DNA from: an uncultured cyanobacterium
GTDB lineage: Bacteria; Cyanobacteriota; Cyanobacteriia; Cyanobacteriales; Nostocaceae
Direction of reading: 5' to 3'
Assembly (NCBI GenBank): GCA_963740315.1
Contig: CAVUDP010000002.1
Span: 2,464,001-2,528,000 of the forward strand
Length of the DNA stretch: 64,000 nucleotides
Part shown: in pieces, positions 28,140 through 38,930 of the stretch
How the letters are laid out: the number at the start of each line of letters is the position of its first letter
How positions within the stretch are numbered: the stretch's first letter is position 1
Program-made: the position numbers and the translations under genes
Notes under the pieces: model-generated
Seen by the model: only the letters and a program-made list of their open reading frames with translations
Databases searched by the model: none
Told to the model about the DNA's origin: nothing

Positions 28140-31100
28140 TTAACGAATTGTTTCTACAGCCCCTAATGCCCTTAAAGAAGCTTTTTCAGGATATGTTAAA
28201 CCCGTAACGTTAGTAATTTCCATACCTTCATAAAAGCGATCGGGATTGAGTTTCTCTCGTTGCTTGCGAGTTTTGAGATCCCAAAGTTGAATATTTTCAT
28301 CTTCTCCACCACTGGCAAGCAATTTACCATCAGGGCTAAAGGCTACAGAGCGAACTGGCTTTGTATGTCCACCTTCAAATGTATGTAATAATCTACCTGT
28401 TTCTACTTGCCATAGCTTGACGGTACACTCACCGCTGCCGCTAGCAAGCATTTTGCCATCGGCACTAAACGCTACTGAATAAACTTGCTGAGTGTGTTTA
28501 TCTAAAGTATGCAAACACTTGCCATTAGTCATATTCCACAATTTAATGGTCTTATCTTGGTTGCCAGTTGCGATTTGACCATTAGGACTAAATGCTACAG
28601 ACAAAACTAAATTTTTGCGATCGTGTAAAGTTTGTATACATTCTCCTGTATCCACATCCCACAATTTCACCTTACACTCATCACTACCGCTAACGATAGT
28701 TTTACCATCAGGGCTAAAGGCGATCGGGCACACCCAATCGGAATGTCCGATAAATATTCGGATACAATCACCCGTTTCAATATCCCAAAGACGAATAGTG
28801 CGGTCTTCACTACTACTAGCGAGGGTTTTACCATCAGGGCTAAAAACTACACTCCATACCCAATTATCATGCCCTTTGAAGGTTCTAATCTCTTTAACAT
28901 CACTAATATCTTGGATATCCCAAAGTTTGATTTGACGATCCGCGCTACCACTAGCTAAGGTGCGACCATCCCGACTATAAGCTACCGATCGAATTCTACC
29001 TTGATGCGATCGCAACTGATAACATTTAAAGTTTTGTAACTCCCACAAGCGAATCGTCCAGTCATCTCGACCGCTAGCAAGTACTTTACTATCAGGACTA
29101 AATGCTAGAGAATAAACATCACGGGTATAACCTTTTAAAATATTCCAGCAAATTCCTTTTTCTAAGTCCCAAATCCTTGCCGTTTGGTCATCGCTACTAC
29201 TGATCAGCGCACGTCCGGATGGATGAAAGGCAATATCCCATACTTGGCTTGTATGCCCGGATAATGTTCGCTTAAGTTGACCGCTACTAGTATCCCATAA
29301 TTTAATTGTTCGATCTTCACTAGAACTGGCGATCGTCTTACCATCAGCACTGAAGCGAACTTTGTATACCTTTCTCTCGTGACCAAACAAGGTATTTTTA
29401 CAAGTACCTGTTGCTAAATCCCAAAGTTTAATAGTTTTATCTATACCGCAACTAACTAATAGTTCGCCATTGGGATGAAAATCTATTGCATAAACATCGC
29501 GATCGTGTCCGCTAAAAGTTTGCGAACAAACAAACGTGTCAATATTCCACAATTTGATATTACCGTCAGCACTACCAGTGGCAATAATATCTGTATTATG
29601 AGGATGAAAACTTACAGACCAAACTGAGCCAGTATGACCTGTTAAACTTTTTTCACAATTGCCAGTGTCAACATCCCAAATTTTAACGCTTTGGTCTTCA
29701 CTAGCACTAGCTAACAGCTTACCATCAGCATTAAACGCCACCGAATAAACTTTATTCGTATGTTCGTTGAGGGTACGAATACATTCACCACTGTCAATAT
29801 TCCATAATTGAATTTTATAATCGTCACTACCACTAGCGAGAGTTGTGTTACTGGGATTAAATGCAAATGTCTTCACTGAAGCGGTATGTCCTTTCAAAAT
29901 TCTCAGTAGTTTTATATCATCTGTTTGCCATAGTCGCACCTCTCCATCGATCACGCCTGTAGCAAAATATCTACCATCATGGCTAAAACTTACAGATAAA
30001 AGACTAGACATCGTATCGCTAAATACTGAATCTGTTAAATCGCTATTTGTAAATTGGGTATTTTGCAATCTCACATCTTTAAAATAAGCCTGCCGAATTA
30101 TTAAATTAGAAAAATCCAGTCCGCTTAGATTAATTTGTGACTTATTAATTTGAATATGACGTAATAAATTAATAATATTACCCGCCGCGTATCCTTTTCT
30201 AGGTAATGGTTGCTGTTGTAGCTGCTGTAATATGTTTTTTAAACGGGATTCTAATTCCTTCTCGTTACCAAAAACGGCAACCAGTTGTTTCTTCAATGGT
30301 TCCAAAATTGAACGCTCTTGGCTCTCGCGGAAATAATCTAACGATCGCGCTTTGATTAAGGGATATTGATTAATAATTTTGAAATCTTTACCATAAATTA
30401 TTTCTTCGGCAGCTTGAGCAATCAACTGTTCGGTGATATATTGTGTGACCACAGATTGCAGGCTGAATCTTCCCGCGCCTACACCAGGGACTTTTTCAAT
30501 TAGCGATCGCCGCAATAAAGATTCTACTGCTTCTAGAATCTTTATATTATCTGGTACGATTAAAACTTTCTTTATCTGGGCTAAAGAAACAATATCGCGA
30601 TTGATTGCAAAGCAATACATCAGTTGTTTCTCTAACTCAGATAAACGGTTAAATTGTTCTTCTAAAAGTGTGCGAATATCTCCAAAAACAGCCGTCTCTT
30701 TGTCAATCTGATTCAGGAATTCAGCCACATCATTATTAAATAAATCATATAAAGTGGTTGCAACCATTTTCAATGCTAAAGGATTACCGGAATAAAGCTT
30801 TACTAATTCCGATAACTGTTCTTTTGAACAGATAGAATCTGTAAATCCCTTATCTTTAAGAATGGCATTTGCATCCTCTAAATTCAATCCCGTAAGTTGC
30901 AATACCTTAACAGGAAGATTTTTCCCTTCCTGCATTGCTACTTGTAAAGGTTTTTCCCGACTAGTTAGTAATAAACAACTTTGATGTGATGTTTCGGCTA
31001 CTCGTTCAAATAAATCGCCATAATTTTCATAGCCATCTTGATATTTTCCTACTAATTCACGATCTTTTCCTTTACTACTACTAAACAAAGACTCAACATT

Positions 31101-31760
31101 ATCTAAAATTATCAAGCAGCGATGTTTCCGCAATACATCAATTAAATATAAAATTTTCTTATTGAGATTATCATCCTCCCAGTCCAAATCAATCCGATTT
31201 TCATTGGGTAGAAACTGCAAAATCTCAGTCAAAATATCATTTAACTGCGGAGAGTTGCGAAGACTGCGCCAAATTATGAACTTAAAACGATCGCGCGATC
31301 GTACCTCTTTAACTATTCTGGCAGCAAGGATGGTTTTACCAATACCCCCCAATCCCAACACCGCAACCAAACGACAGCGCTGCTCCACAATCCACCGGGT
31401 TAATTCCGATATTTCCTCTTCTCTACCTCGAAAACCTTCAACATCTACTGCTTCCCCCCAATCCTCAATGATTTTTGGTTTCTTAGCTTCGCCTTCTTGA
31501 TACTTTTGAGATAAAGATTGTTTAAGATCGTAAATTTTTTTATTGCTACTGCCTTCAATTTTAAATTTTTTGTAACTTTCCCCTAACCTTTTTCGCACTG
31601 CTGCTGGAGTTATTTCTAATTTCTTAGCAATGTCTGCCCCAGAAAATCCCTGTAATGCTAACTGCAAAGCAATAAGCTCTGCTTTAGTTACACCTTGTTG
31701 AGTTGCTACCTTTTCAATAAAAATATCTGGTAGTTGAGATTCATTTAAAGTACTATCCAT
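28140..31760 (-). CDS. HTH - NB-ARC - pentapeptide - WD40 (double propeller) STAND protein
   Basis: GADIAKKLEITPAAVRKRL HTH, DWGEA, GLGGIGKT, LIILDN, GNPLAL, about 14 WD40 repeats. Start likely MDST (31760). Confidence 0.9.
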   Translation of the reverse strand: MDSTLNESQLPDIFIEKVATQQGVTKAELIALQLALQGFSGADIAKKLEITPAAVRKRLGESYKKFKIEGSSNKKIYDLKQSLSQKYQEGEAKKPKIIEDWGEAVDVEGFRGREEEISELTRWIVEQRCRLVAVLGLGGIGKTILAARIVKEVRSRDRFKFIIWRSLRNSPQLNDILTEILQFLPNENRIDLDWEDDNLNKKILYLIDVLRKHRCLIILDNVESLFSSSKGKDRELVGKYQDGYENYGDLFERVAETSHQSCLLLTSREKPLQVAMQEGKNLPVKVLQLTGLNLEDANAILKDKGFTDSICSKEQLSELVKLYSGNPLALKMVATTLYDLFNNDVAEFLNQIDKETAVFGDIRTLLEEQFNRLSELEKQLMYCFAINRDIVSLAQIKKVLIVPDNIKILEAVESLLRRSLIEKVPGVGAGRFSLQSVVTQYITEQLIAQAAEEIIYGKDFKIINQYPLIKARSLDYFRESQERSILEPLKKQLVAVFGNEKELESRLKNILQQLQQQPLPRKGYAAGNIINLLRHIQINKSQINLSGLDFSNLIIRQAYFKDVRLQNTQFTNSDLTDSVFSDTMSSLLSVSFSHDGRYFATGVIDGEVRLWQTDDIKLLRILKGHTASVKTFAFNPSNTTLASGSDDYKIQLWNIDSGECIRTLNEHTNKVYSVAFNADGKLLASASEDQSVKIWDVDTGNCEKSLTGHTGSVWSVSFHPHNTDIIATGSADGNIKLWNIDTFVCSQTFSGHDRDVYAIDFHPNGELLVSCGIDKTIKLWDLATGTCKNTLFGHERKVYKVRFSADGKTIASSSEDRTIKLWDTSSGQLKRTLSGHTSQVWDIAFHPSGRALISSSDDQTARIWDLEKGICWNILKGYTRDVYSLAFSPDSKVLASGRDDWTIRLWELQNFKCYQLRSHQGRIRSVAYSRDGRTLASGSADRQIKLWDIQDISDVKEIRTFKGHDNWVWSVVFSPDGKTLASSSEDRTIRLWDIETGDCIRIFIGHSDWVCPIAFSPDGKTIVSGSDECKVKLWDVDTGECIQTLHDRKNLVLSVAFSPNGQIATGNQDKTIKLWNMTNGKCLHTLDKHTQQVYSVAFSADGKMLASGSGECTVKLWQVETGRLLHTFEGGHTKPVRSVAFSPDGKLLASGGEDENIQLWDLKTRKQREKLNPDRFYEGMEITNVTGLTYPEKASLRALGAVETIR

Positions 31761-32437
31761 GTCACATTCGCTCCATGTCACATATAGATATGTGATATTA
31801 CTTATTTTTTTTCCTAAACCAAACCTCTTGAATAAGACATTGTATTGACTTATCAATCGCTACACAATAGCCTTGATAATCTTATCAGGCATTCCTGACA
31901 ATGTATTCTCCAATCAAATTCAGAATTTAAATCATAACTTTTTTCTCACCTTTTTTCTCACAAATTATTAGTAAGCAAATATACTTATTAAAATTAGGTA
32001 ATGCAAAAATCAATCAATTTCACTCTGACTAGAAATGAGTTACCGTTTCAACACATAACAAACACCGCCAGTATATACGTATCAAATAGTATTGATACAT
32101 TTAGCTTATACTTTCACCAACTTACTATTTTATTGCATTTACAGTATCCCAATTTTCCTGTCATCAAAATTTAATAAAACTTAAAGTATAAAAAATAACT
32201 TTAGTTAACAAAAAAGTCTCTGAATTTGCGAGAAAATCAGAAATATATCGATAAATACTTTGCGTTCCAAGAACTAAAAAAGAATACTTAAAAATCAAAG
32301 TCTTCAAACTTATACGTTATAATTCAGTTAGATGCGTGTGAGAGTGACGTGAGAAATGCGTTACCAAGCAATAATGAGTTTGTTTACTTGTCAGTACCAT
32401 GTATGGAACTGATGTTTAATATAACGGAGAAAAGCAG

Positions 32438-32800
32438 ATGACTATCCCTCGATTCCAGGAATTTTTGCAAACCCCCGATGCAGTAAAGACACATTTGTGT
32501 TTTGATAACACACCTTTGGAGTTAAAATCTCAATTTAATCAGAAGCTTAAACAATCGACGTTTATATTACCTCCAGTTTTTTCTCACATGGACTTCCTAT
32601 TGATTCAAATACTGTCTGAGACTGGGTATGGTAAGTTTAATGTCACCATTGAAAAGAAGAATCACGAATTTTTAGTGCATATAAACAGTCACCTCAGTCA
32701 ACGGTACTTTTTGAGTAAAAAGGAATCAGAGACTATGGATGAAGCATACCAGCAAATAATCAAAACTTGGAAAAACTGGTGGTTATCCGAGCTTCGCTAA
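32438..32800 (+). CDS. Hypothetical protein divergent from the STAND gene
   Basis: 120-aa ORF with GGAG RBS; no confident family. Confidence 0.6.
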   Translation: MTIPRFQEFLQTPDAVKTHLCFDNTPLELKSQFNQKLKQSTFILPPVFSHMDFLLIQILSETGYGKFNVTIEKKNHEFLVHINSHLSQRYFLSKKESETMDEAYQQIIKTWKNWWLSELR

Positions 32801-32921
32801 TAGGTGGTAATTATTCCATCCCAAACTAGACGAGAATTTTTGCGATCGGTTCATATCCATGAATCATATTTAATATCTGCAAAAAATAACATACGGGGCT
32901 TTCGATGAACAAGAAGTTTAC

Positions 32922-32955
32922 GAGCCGGTAAGTGAGAAATCACTACCGGCTTTTT
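32922..32955 (+). terminator. Intrinsic terminator
   Basis: GAGCCGGTAAGTGA-GAAA-TCACTACCGGC followed by a T-run. Confidence 0.6.
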
Positions 32956-33008
32956 GATTAAAAACCACTGGGATATCTATAACCCAACGAACTTTAGGAG
33001 TATTAATC

Positions 33009-33236
33009 ATGATCCGTAACAAATACAGTCGATTGTTTAAATGGACTTTCAGATTTATCAAGTACTTTTTTTTAGTACTAATTGGTTTTTCTATAGCTTT
33101 TGTTCTAGCTGCGGGGGTAGGTATTTTGGGTATGGCAACTCAACTATTTCCGTTAATTTTTGCCGGAATTGGGCGTATAGGGATAATTTTGCTGTGTTTC
33201 ATCGCTATAACAATGATTATTGAATCTTTGCGATAG
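33009..33236 (+). CDS. Small two-TM hypothetical protein
   Basis: AGGAG RBS; two hydrophobic helices. Confidence 0.6.
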   Translation: MIRNKYSRLFKWTFRFIKYFFLVLIGFSIAFVLAAGVGILGMATQLFPLIFAGIGRIGIILLCFIAITMIIESLR

Positions 33237-33269
33237 TTTGTTGAAAGCAATTGCAGAATCAAATATTTT

Positions 33270-33417
33270 AGAGGACGTTTTAAAAGGCTTTTATTATGTG
33301 ACTTCATAATCAACACGGCTCCCGCATATGTGTATATGGTAAAACCTTGATTTCTCGCTCTAAAGCTGAATCCTTACGGTTTTAACTATATCGGACTGCA
33401 CTTTTAAAACATCCTCT
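33270..33417. mobile_element. MITE with terminal inverted repeats AGAGGA(C/T)GTTTTAAAAG
   Basis: Left AGAGGACGTTTTAAAAG and right CTTTTAAAACATCCTCT; lone ends also near 26310 and 43437-43453. Confidence 0.7.
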
Positions 33418-33630
33418 TAATCAATCGAAATACAAGGTAGAATTCCATCTTCTTTTAATCAGCAACGCGATCGAAAGTATCTTCTCACGTCGTCGGTCGT
33501 GCATCCTACTTTACTATTGTTTAGAGATAGTAGAACTAGATTTTTTTGAATTTTTTCTCATAAATTGGTCAATAAAAAGCCTGGTATTACTCCAGGCTCT
33601 GTTTTTAATTAATTCAATTCCATCATAACT

Positions 33631-33864
33631 ATGAAACGCAACACAAGTAAGTCTTCTGAAAAAATCAGTTACATTTTTGTTCGCTTATCTACATGGACGG
33701 GATATATTATTGCTTTGCTAGCAGTTTTTTTAGTTGCAATTAACAAAAATCCAGAAGGGATTAACCTCATACCTGTAGCAAATTTATTTTTTGAAGCCGC
33801 AAAAATTACTATGGAGTTGGAAGAAGGTGTGAAAGAATCGAATAAACGTTTAAAGCAGAAATAG
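33631..33864 (+). CDS. Small hypothetical membrane protein
   Basis: 77 aa, one TM helix. Confidence 0.45.
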   Translation: MKRNTSKSSEKISYIFVRLSTWTGYIIALLAVFLVAINKNPEGINLIPVANLFFEAAKITMELEEGVKESNKRLKQK

Positions 33865-33933
33865 ACTGACGCGGATTTGATTCAGCCGTGGTGTGTCTGC
33901 AAGTTTTCCTAAAATCCAAATATAAAAGCAGAA

Positions 33934-34281
33934 ATGCCGGGAGTTACCGATGCATTTGTGGGTGCGGCTTGGCTGGTTGAAAATGGCAAACCAAAACCCG
34001 CGAATTACTTTGATTTTCTTCAAGGTGCCGATGGGGTGCGCTTCCGAGCTTTTTGGGGAATCAATAAAGCGGCAGTTCCCGTTATCGGTATTTCAAACAA
34101 AAAACTTGATTCCGCAAATCTTGCTCAAGTCTTGAGTGAAGTTGGAATACAAGATGCTGTAATGCTCGATTCGAGTGCGAGTAAGTCTTTAGTTTACAAA
34201 GGAAAATCTTTGGTGGGTTATACACCCCGCCCGGTACCTGATGCGATCGCGCTGATTGACAGCAAATCTGCTTGTAAGTAA
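33934..34281 (+). pseudogene. C-terminal fragment of a phosphodiester-glycosidase-like domain, as in cyanobacterial polysaccharide deacetylase fusions
   Basis: RAFWGIN, DAVMLDSSAS, PRPVP motifs; the N-terminal part is absent. Confidence 0.55.
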
Positions 34282-34455
34282 GTTTTTTAGTTTTGGTAAT
34301 TATTGTAATTATTCTCAGGCAGGCTTAATAGTCTGTCTTTTTTATTGTGATTTTTCTATAGCTAATTGTATTTAATTAGCTATTTGAAAGCATTTTGTTT
34401 ACTTCCGAGCGCCACGAGCATTAAATTTAGAATATGCTCGAAAAGGTATGACTGC

Positions 34456-34821
34456 ATGGGTGCTGATAAAGAAATTAAACGTGAGGCTGTATTTCAACCA
34501 GAATTTTTGGAAGATGAAGTCACATTAGAAGAAGCAACCAAAAATTTAGATAGCCTTTGCCATCAAATTGCTGAAGCAGATAAAGTAATTTTTATTAACA
34601 GACCCGATGGTAAGAATGTGGTATTAATTTCTCAATCGGAGCTTGAAAGCTTATTAGAAACTTTGTATCTACTTCGTTCGCCAACAAATTATGCTCGCTT
34701 ATTAACTGCTCTACAACGTGCAAAAGCAAAAGTTATCGAACCTCAAGATATAAATGCATTATATGAAAAATTTGGGCTAAGTGAAGATAATACTGATAAT
34801 GACATTGCAGCTGCAAGCTAA
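34456..34821 (+). CDS. Phd/YefM family antitoxin (orphan)
   Basis: INRPDGKNVVLISQSELESLLETLYLLRSPTNYARLLTAL; no toxin downstream. Confidence 0.8.
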   Translation: MGADKEIKREAVFQPEFLEDEVTLEEATKNLDSLCHQIAEADKVIFINRPDGKNVVLISQSELESLLETLYLLRSPTNYARLLTALQRAKAKVIEPQDINALYEKFGLSEDNTDNDIAAAS

Positions 34822-35135
34822 TGATAAACCAAAAATCTTTTTAGTCCTCCAAAAGAGGACTTTCGCTCCACCGATTTGGGTTTGCAACCCTTCTTCGAGT
34901 TAACGATTTGATTTATCTAACAACTCAACTTTGCAGTCATGATGGTGCGTTACGCTAACGCGATAACACACCCTACTATTAATTATGAATTGGGCTACAA
35001 CTATCAACTAACCACTAATACAACAAAAAACCGGGGAACAATACTTACCCGGTTCGGTCATTTTTTACAGAATCCTCAGTAACGTAGGGACACGCTTATA
35101 TGGTGTCCCTATTCACTTATTGATTTTTATTAAAA

Positions 35136-36215
35136 CTATACTTTCGCAGTGGACTTGGTTTTAGCAGAAAGTTCGCCACTAGCATACTTAGCAGCAAACT
35201 CATCTAAAGGAATTTGCTTGATCTTGCTAGCATGACCAGCAGTACCAAAGGCTTCATAGCGATCCAAACAAACCTGCTTCATGTACTTGATGGAAGGCTT
35301 GAGGAAGTGACGGGGGTCAAAGTTAGATGGATCTTTCGCAGCAGCTTCGCGGAAAGCAGCTGTGATTGCCAAACGGTTGTCGGTGTCAATATTCACCTTA
35401 CGTACACCACTCTTGATACCTTTCTGAATTTCTTCAACAGGTACACCGTAGGTTTCAGGAATCTTACCACCGTACTTATTGATCATATCCAACCACTCTT
35501 GAGGAACGGAAGAAGAACCGTGCATTACAAGGTGGGTGTTAGGTAAACGTTTGTGGATTTCCTCAATTCGGCTGATTGCCAAAACTTCACCAGTAGGCTT
35601 ACGAGTAAACTTGTAAGCACCGTGGCTGGTTCCGATCGCAACTGCTAGGGCATCAACTTGAGTTCTTTCTACAAATTCAACAGCCTCGTCGGGATCTGTT
35701 AAAAGTTGTTCTTTGCTGAGTTTTCCTTCAGCACCGTGTCCATCTTCAGCTTCACCCATTCCAGTTTCCAAAGAACCCAAACAACCAAGTTCTCCTTCCA
35801 CAGAAGCACCAACTGAGTGAGCTACTTTCACAACTTCAGCAGTAACATTGACGTTGTACTCAAAGCTAGCTGGAGTTTTCGCATCAGCTTCGAGGGAACC
35901 ATCCATCATCACGCTGGTAAAACCGTTGCGAATTGCAGAGTAGCAAGTTGCAGGGCTGTTACCGTGATCCTGGTGCATAGCAATGGGAATATTTGGATGG
36001 GTTTCCACTGCTGCCAAAATCAGGTGACGCAAAAAGTTTTCTCCGGCATACTTACGCGCACCGCGAGAAGCCTGTAAAATCACGGGGCTATCAGCTTCAA
36101 CAGCAGCTTCCATGATTGCTAGGATTTGCTCCATGTTATTGACATTATAAGCCGGGATGCCGTAACCGTTCTCAGCAGCATGATCCAGCAACAGACGCAT
36201 TGGTACGAGCGCCAT
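35136..36215 (-). CDS. fbaA: Fructose-bisphosphate aldolase class II
   Basis: [26 protein letters not shown]. Confidence 0.97.
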   Translation of the reverse strand: MALVPMRLLLDHAAENGYGIPAYNVNNMEQILAIMEAAVEADSPVILQASRGARKYAGENFLRHLILAAVETHPNIPIAMHQDHGNSPATCYSAIRNGFTSVMMDGSLEADAKTPASFEYNVNVTAEVVKVAHSVGASVEGELGCLGSLETGMGEAEDGHGAEGKLSKEQLLTDPDEAVEFVERTQVDALAVAIGTSHGAYKFTRKPTGEVLAISRIEEIHKRLPNTHLVMHGSSSVPQEWLDMINKYGGKIPETYGVPVEEIQKGIKSGVRKVNIDTDNRLAITAAFREAAAKDPSNFDPRHFLKPSIKYMKQVCLDRYEAFGTAGHASKIKQIPLDEFAAKYASGELSAKTKSTAKV

Positions 36216-36353
36216 ATATATTCCTCCTAATTTGGTTATTAGCTAATCCGTTTAAGACAAGCGTAATCTTTACGTTAATCTTAATATTATTTTCAACTTA
36301 TAGGAAATTATAACTATTTATGCGTACCTATGTTTAAAAAGTTTCTATATATC

Positions 36354-36556
36354 AGGTCAAAGGTCAAAGGTCAAAGGTCAAAGGTCAAAGGTCAAAGGTC
36401 AAAGGTCAAAGGTCAAAGGTCAAAGGTCAAAGGTCAAAGGTCAAAGGTCAAAGGTCAAAGGTCAAAGGTCAAAGGTCAAAGGTCAAAGGTCAAAGGTCAA
36501 AGGTCAAAGGTCAAAGGTCAAAGGTCAAAGGTCAAAGGTCAAAGGTCAAAGGTCAA
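36354..36556. repeat. STRR array (AGGTCAA)x29
   Basis: 203 nt of perfect heptamer repeat, followed by CCCCATCT-type repeats at about 36575-36640. Confidence 0.97.
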
Positions 36557-36681
36557 TTCCTAACTACCATCTCCTTGTCCCCTTGTCTCCCCATCTCCCA
36601 ATCTCCCCATTTCCCCATCTCCCCCGAACCCCATCCCTCAATGATTAAATCAAGGAATAAAGAAAAGTTATTCTTCTTAAA

Positions 36682-36753
36682 TGGGTAGCCTGGGATTCGA
36701 ACCCAGAACAAATCGGTTAAAAGCCGAGTACTCTACCATTGAGTTAGCCACCC
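36682..36753 (-). tRNA. trnK: tRNA-Lys(TTT)
   Basis: GGGTGGCTAACTCAATGGTAGAGTACTCGGCTTTTAACCGATTTGTTCTGGGTTCGAATCCCAGGCTACCCA; cloverleaf with anticodon TTT; no encoded CCA. Confidence 0.96.
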
Positions 36754-36819
36754 AATCGCGTTTTTGCGCGACTGACTTATGAATAATAGCATAGAACCCT
36801 ATTGTTTTGTAAAGGGGTT

Positions 36820-37689
36820 TTAGGAAAAAGTTGCTGTGAGACGAATCATTGCTGATTTAGTAGCTCCAGGTTCTAATACAGTTAAGTGTTGTTTGGTGTT
36901 CATTGCATTACGTGGTCCGCTCCAAGGTTCTAAGCAATAAAAGTCTTTTCCTTTCACCGTCCAAAACACCAAGGTAGAAAATAGATCGTCGTATTCCAAG
37001 GTCATTTTTAAATTACGACCTTTATCTATGACGCTGGCAGATTTTCCACTTAGCTTGTTAAATGCAACGTCAATTTCATCCTGACTAAAATCAAAGTTAC
37101 CGTTAAATGAGTGAACTTCCTGGCTATCTTTCTTTTGAAACTCATGAGAAGGAATGTCAAACTCTAGCTGACTTTTATCGTGAGTTAAGAAGTAGGGATG
37201 AAAACCCACTGAAAAAGGCATCGCTTCGGAAGATTTATTCGTAAATTCTTGGAGTATTGTTAGTGTATTGCCATGCAGCTGATAGGTGAAATTCACTTCA
37301 AATTCAAAAGGATAACCTTTATAGGTTTCTTCATTGCTGTTGAGAGCAAGTTTAAGAGAAACATTATCTACAGTAACTTCTTCTCTTACAGACCAAGGTA
37401 AATTACGAGCAAAGCCATGTTGTTTGAGCTTAAAATCTTTACCGTTTAAAGTGTAAGTATCTTCAGGTAAATTTCCGCAAATTGGAAACAAAATCGGATT
37501 TCCACCTCTAATGCTCATTTCCGGATTCTCGAATCGTTCTTCATCCAGATAAAAAACGTCTTTACCGTCAATGCGCCACTTTGAAGCGATGCCGCCACGT
37601 TTTGGTAACACCTCTAACTCAGACTTAGCTTTTTCGTCACTCAAGATGTAAGTTTCGTACTGTCTTTGTTCGACATTTATAGAAAACAT
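36820..37689 (-). CDS. Aldose 1-epimerase family protein
   Basis: RGGNPILFP, QHGFAR, GFHPYF, YCLEPW. Confidence 0.9.
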   Translation of the reverse strand: MFSINVEQRQYETYILSDEKAKSELEVLPKRGGIASKWRIDGKDVFYLDEERFENPEMSIRGGNPILFPICGNLPEDTYTLNGKDFKLKQHGFARNLPWSVREEVTVDNVSLKLALNSNEETYKGYPFEFEVNFTYQLHGNTLTILQEFTNKSSEAMPFSVGFHPYFLTHDKSQLEFDIPSHEFQKKDSQEVHSFNGNFDFSQDEIDVAFNKLSGKSASVIDKGRNLKMTLEYDDLFSTLVFWTVKGKDFYCLEPWSGPRNAMNTKQHLTVLEPGATKSAMIRLTATFS

Positions 37690-37700
37690 AATTCAAACGA

Positions 37701-37788
37701 GTTAGTTGTTAGTTGTTAGTTGTTAGTTGTTAGGACCACCGGAGTTAGGACCACCGGAGTTAGGACCACCGGAGTTAGGACCACCGGA
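37701..37788. repeat. (GTTAGTT)x4 followed by (GTTAGGACCACCGGA)x4
   Basis: Direct reading of tandem units between pdhA and the epimerase. Confidence 0.9.
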
Positions 37789-37895
37789 GTTAAGAGTTAA
37801 AAATAATTACTCCCCCCTCTTCCCCCTCCACCCCCTCTTCCCCATTACCCTATCACCCTACCTTTGACATGCAGACCTTTAACCTTTAACCGGCG

Positions 37896-38930
37896 TTACT
37901 CGTCTTCAGCAAAAATAAACCGATATAACTCGCTCGGATCTGGTTCGGGACTGCTTTCGGCGAATTCTACGGCTTCGTCAACGGTTGCTTGAATTTTGCG
38001 CTCTATATCTTTGAGTTCTTCTTGAGAAGCTAAAGAAAGCTCGACTAGATAAGTTGCTAATTTCTTGATGGGATCGCGAGAAAACCAAAATTCTTTTTCT
38101 TCTTTACTACGCATTTCGTCTGGATCTGCTAAGGAGTGACCCCGAAAACGGTAGGTAAGTGCTTCAATTAATGTTGGACCTTCTCCTGCACGAGCGCGTA
38201 ATACTGCTTCTTGGGCAGCGGAACGAACTGCGAGTACGTCCATGCCATCAACTTCTACTCCAGCAATACCGAACGCGCTAGCTTTCTTGTAAATTTCTGG
38301 TACGGAAGTTGCGCGATCGTGAGACATTCCAATTGCCCACTTATTATTCTCTACCACAAAAATAATTGGCAGTTTCCATAATGCTGCCATATTTAATGTT
38401 TCATAAAATTGACCGTTATTGCAGGCTCCATCACCGAAAAAGGCTGCTGTAACTTGGTCTGCGGTTTCATCTCCCATGACTTCACGACGGTACTTAGTTT
38501 GAAAAGCAGCCCCTGCCGCTACAGGAATACCTTCAGCAACAAATGCATAACCACCCAACAAACCATGTTCTTTGGAAAACATATGCATTGAACCACCGCG
38601 TCCTTTGCTGCAACCAGTCGCTTTACCAAATAACTCCGCCATTACTTCTTTTGCAGGAACTCCGGCACTCAAAGCATGAACGTGGTCGCGGTAGGTGCTG
38701 CAAACAAAGTCTTCACCCGGTCGCATTGCTTTAATTACACCGCTAGCTACTGCTTCTTGACCGTTGTAGAGGTGAACAAAACCAAACATTTTGCCTCTGT
38801 AGTACATTTCGGCGCACTTGTCTTCAAACAGTCGCCCTAAAACCATGTCTTCGTATACTCGCAGACCTTCTTCCTTGGTTATTTGTGCGGTAGTCGCATT
38901 GAAATCGGGTAAAGTGCGTTCTTGAATCAT
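37896..38930 (-). CDS. pdhA: Pyruvate dehydrogenase E1 alpha
   Basis: [19 protein letters not shown] motif, YRFRGHS. Confidence 0.97.
   Translation of the reverse strand: MIQERTLPDFNATTAQITKEEGLRVYEDMVLGRLFEDKCAEMYYRGKMFGFVHLYNGQEAVASGVIKAMRPGEDFVCSTYRDHVHALSAGVPAKEVMAELFGKATGCSKGRGGSMHMFSKEHGLLGGYAFVAEGIPVAAGAAFQTKYRREVMGDETADQVTAAFFGDGACNNGQFYETLNMAALWKLPIIFVVENNKWAIGMSHDRATSVPEIYKKASAFGIAGVEVDGMDVLAVRSAAQEAVLRARAGEGPTLIEALTYRFRGHSLADPDEMRSKEEKEFWFSRDPIKKLATYLVELSLASQEELKDIERKIQATVDEAVEFAESSPEPDPSELYRFIFAEDE

Noticed and set aside
28140..30010. WD40 repeats as a DGR or hypervariable cassette
   Set aside because: Repeats are well diverged at DNA level; no reverse transcriptase and no adenine-specific TR/VR pair seen.
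36330..36563. 77-aa ORF (KVKGQRS)n
   Set aside because: It is simply the translation of the AGGTCAA heptamer array.
36682..36753. tRNA-Lys as an island integration site
   Set aside because: I saw no duplicated tRNA 3' end and no integrase in the window, and the flanks are core genes.
37729..37788. 15-mer repeats as CRISPR or iterons
   Set aside because: Contiguous units with no spacers and no rep gene; chromosomal core context.
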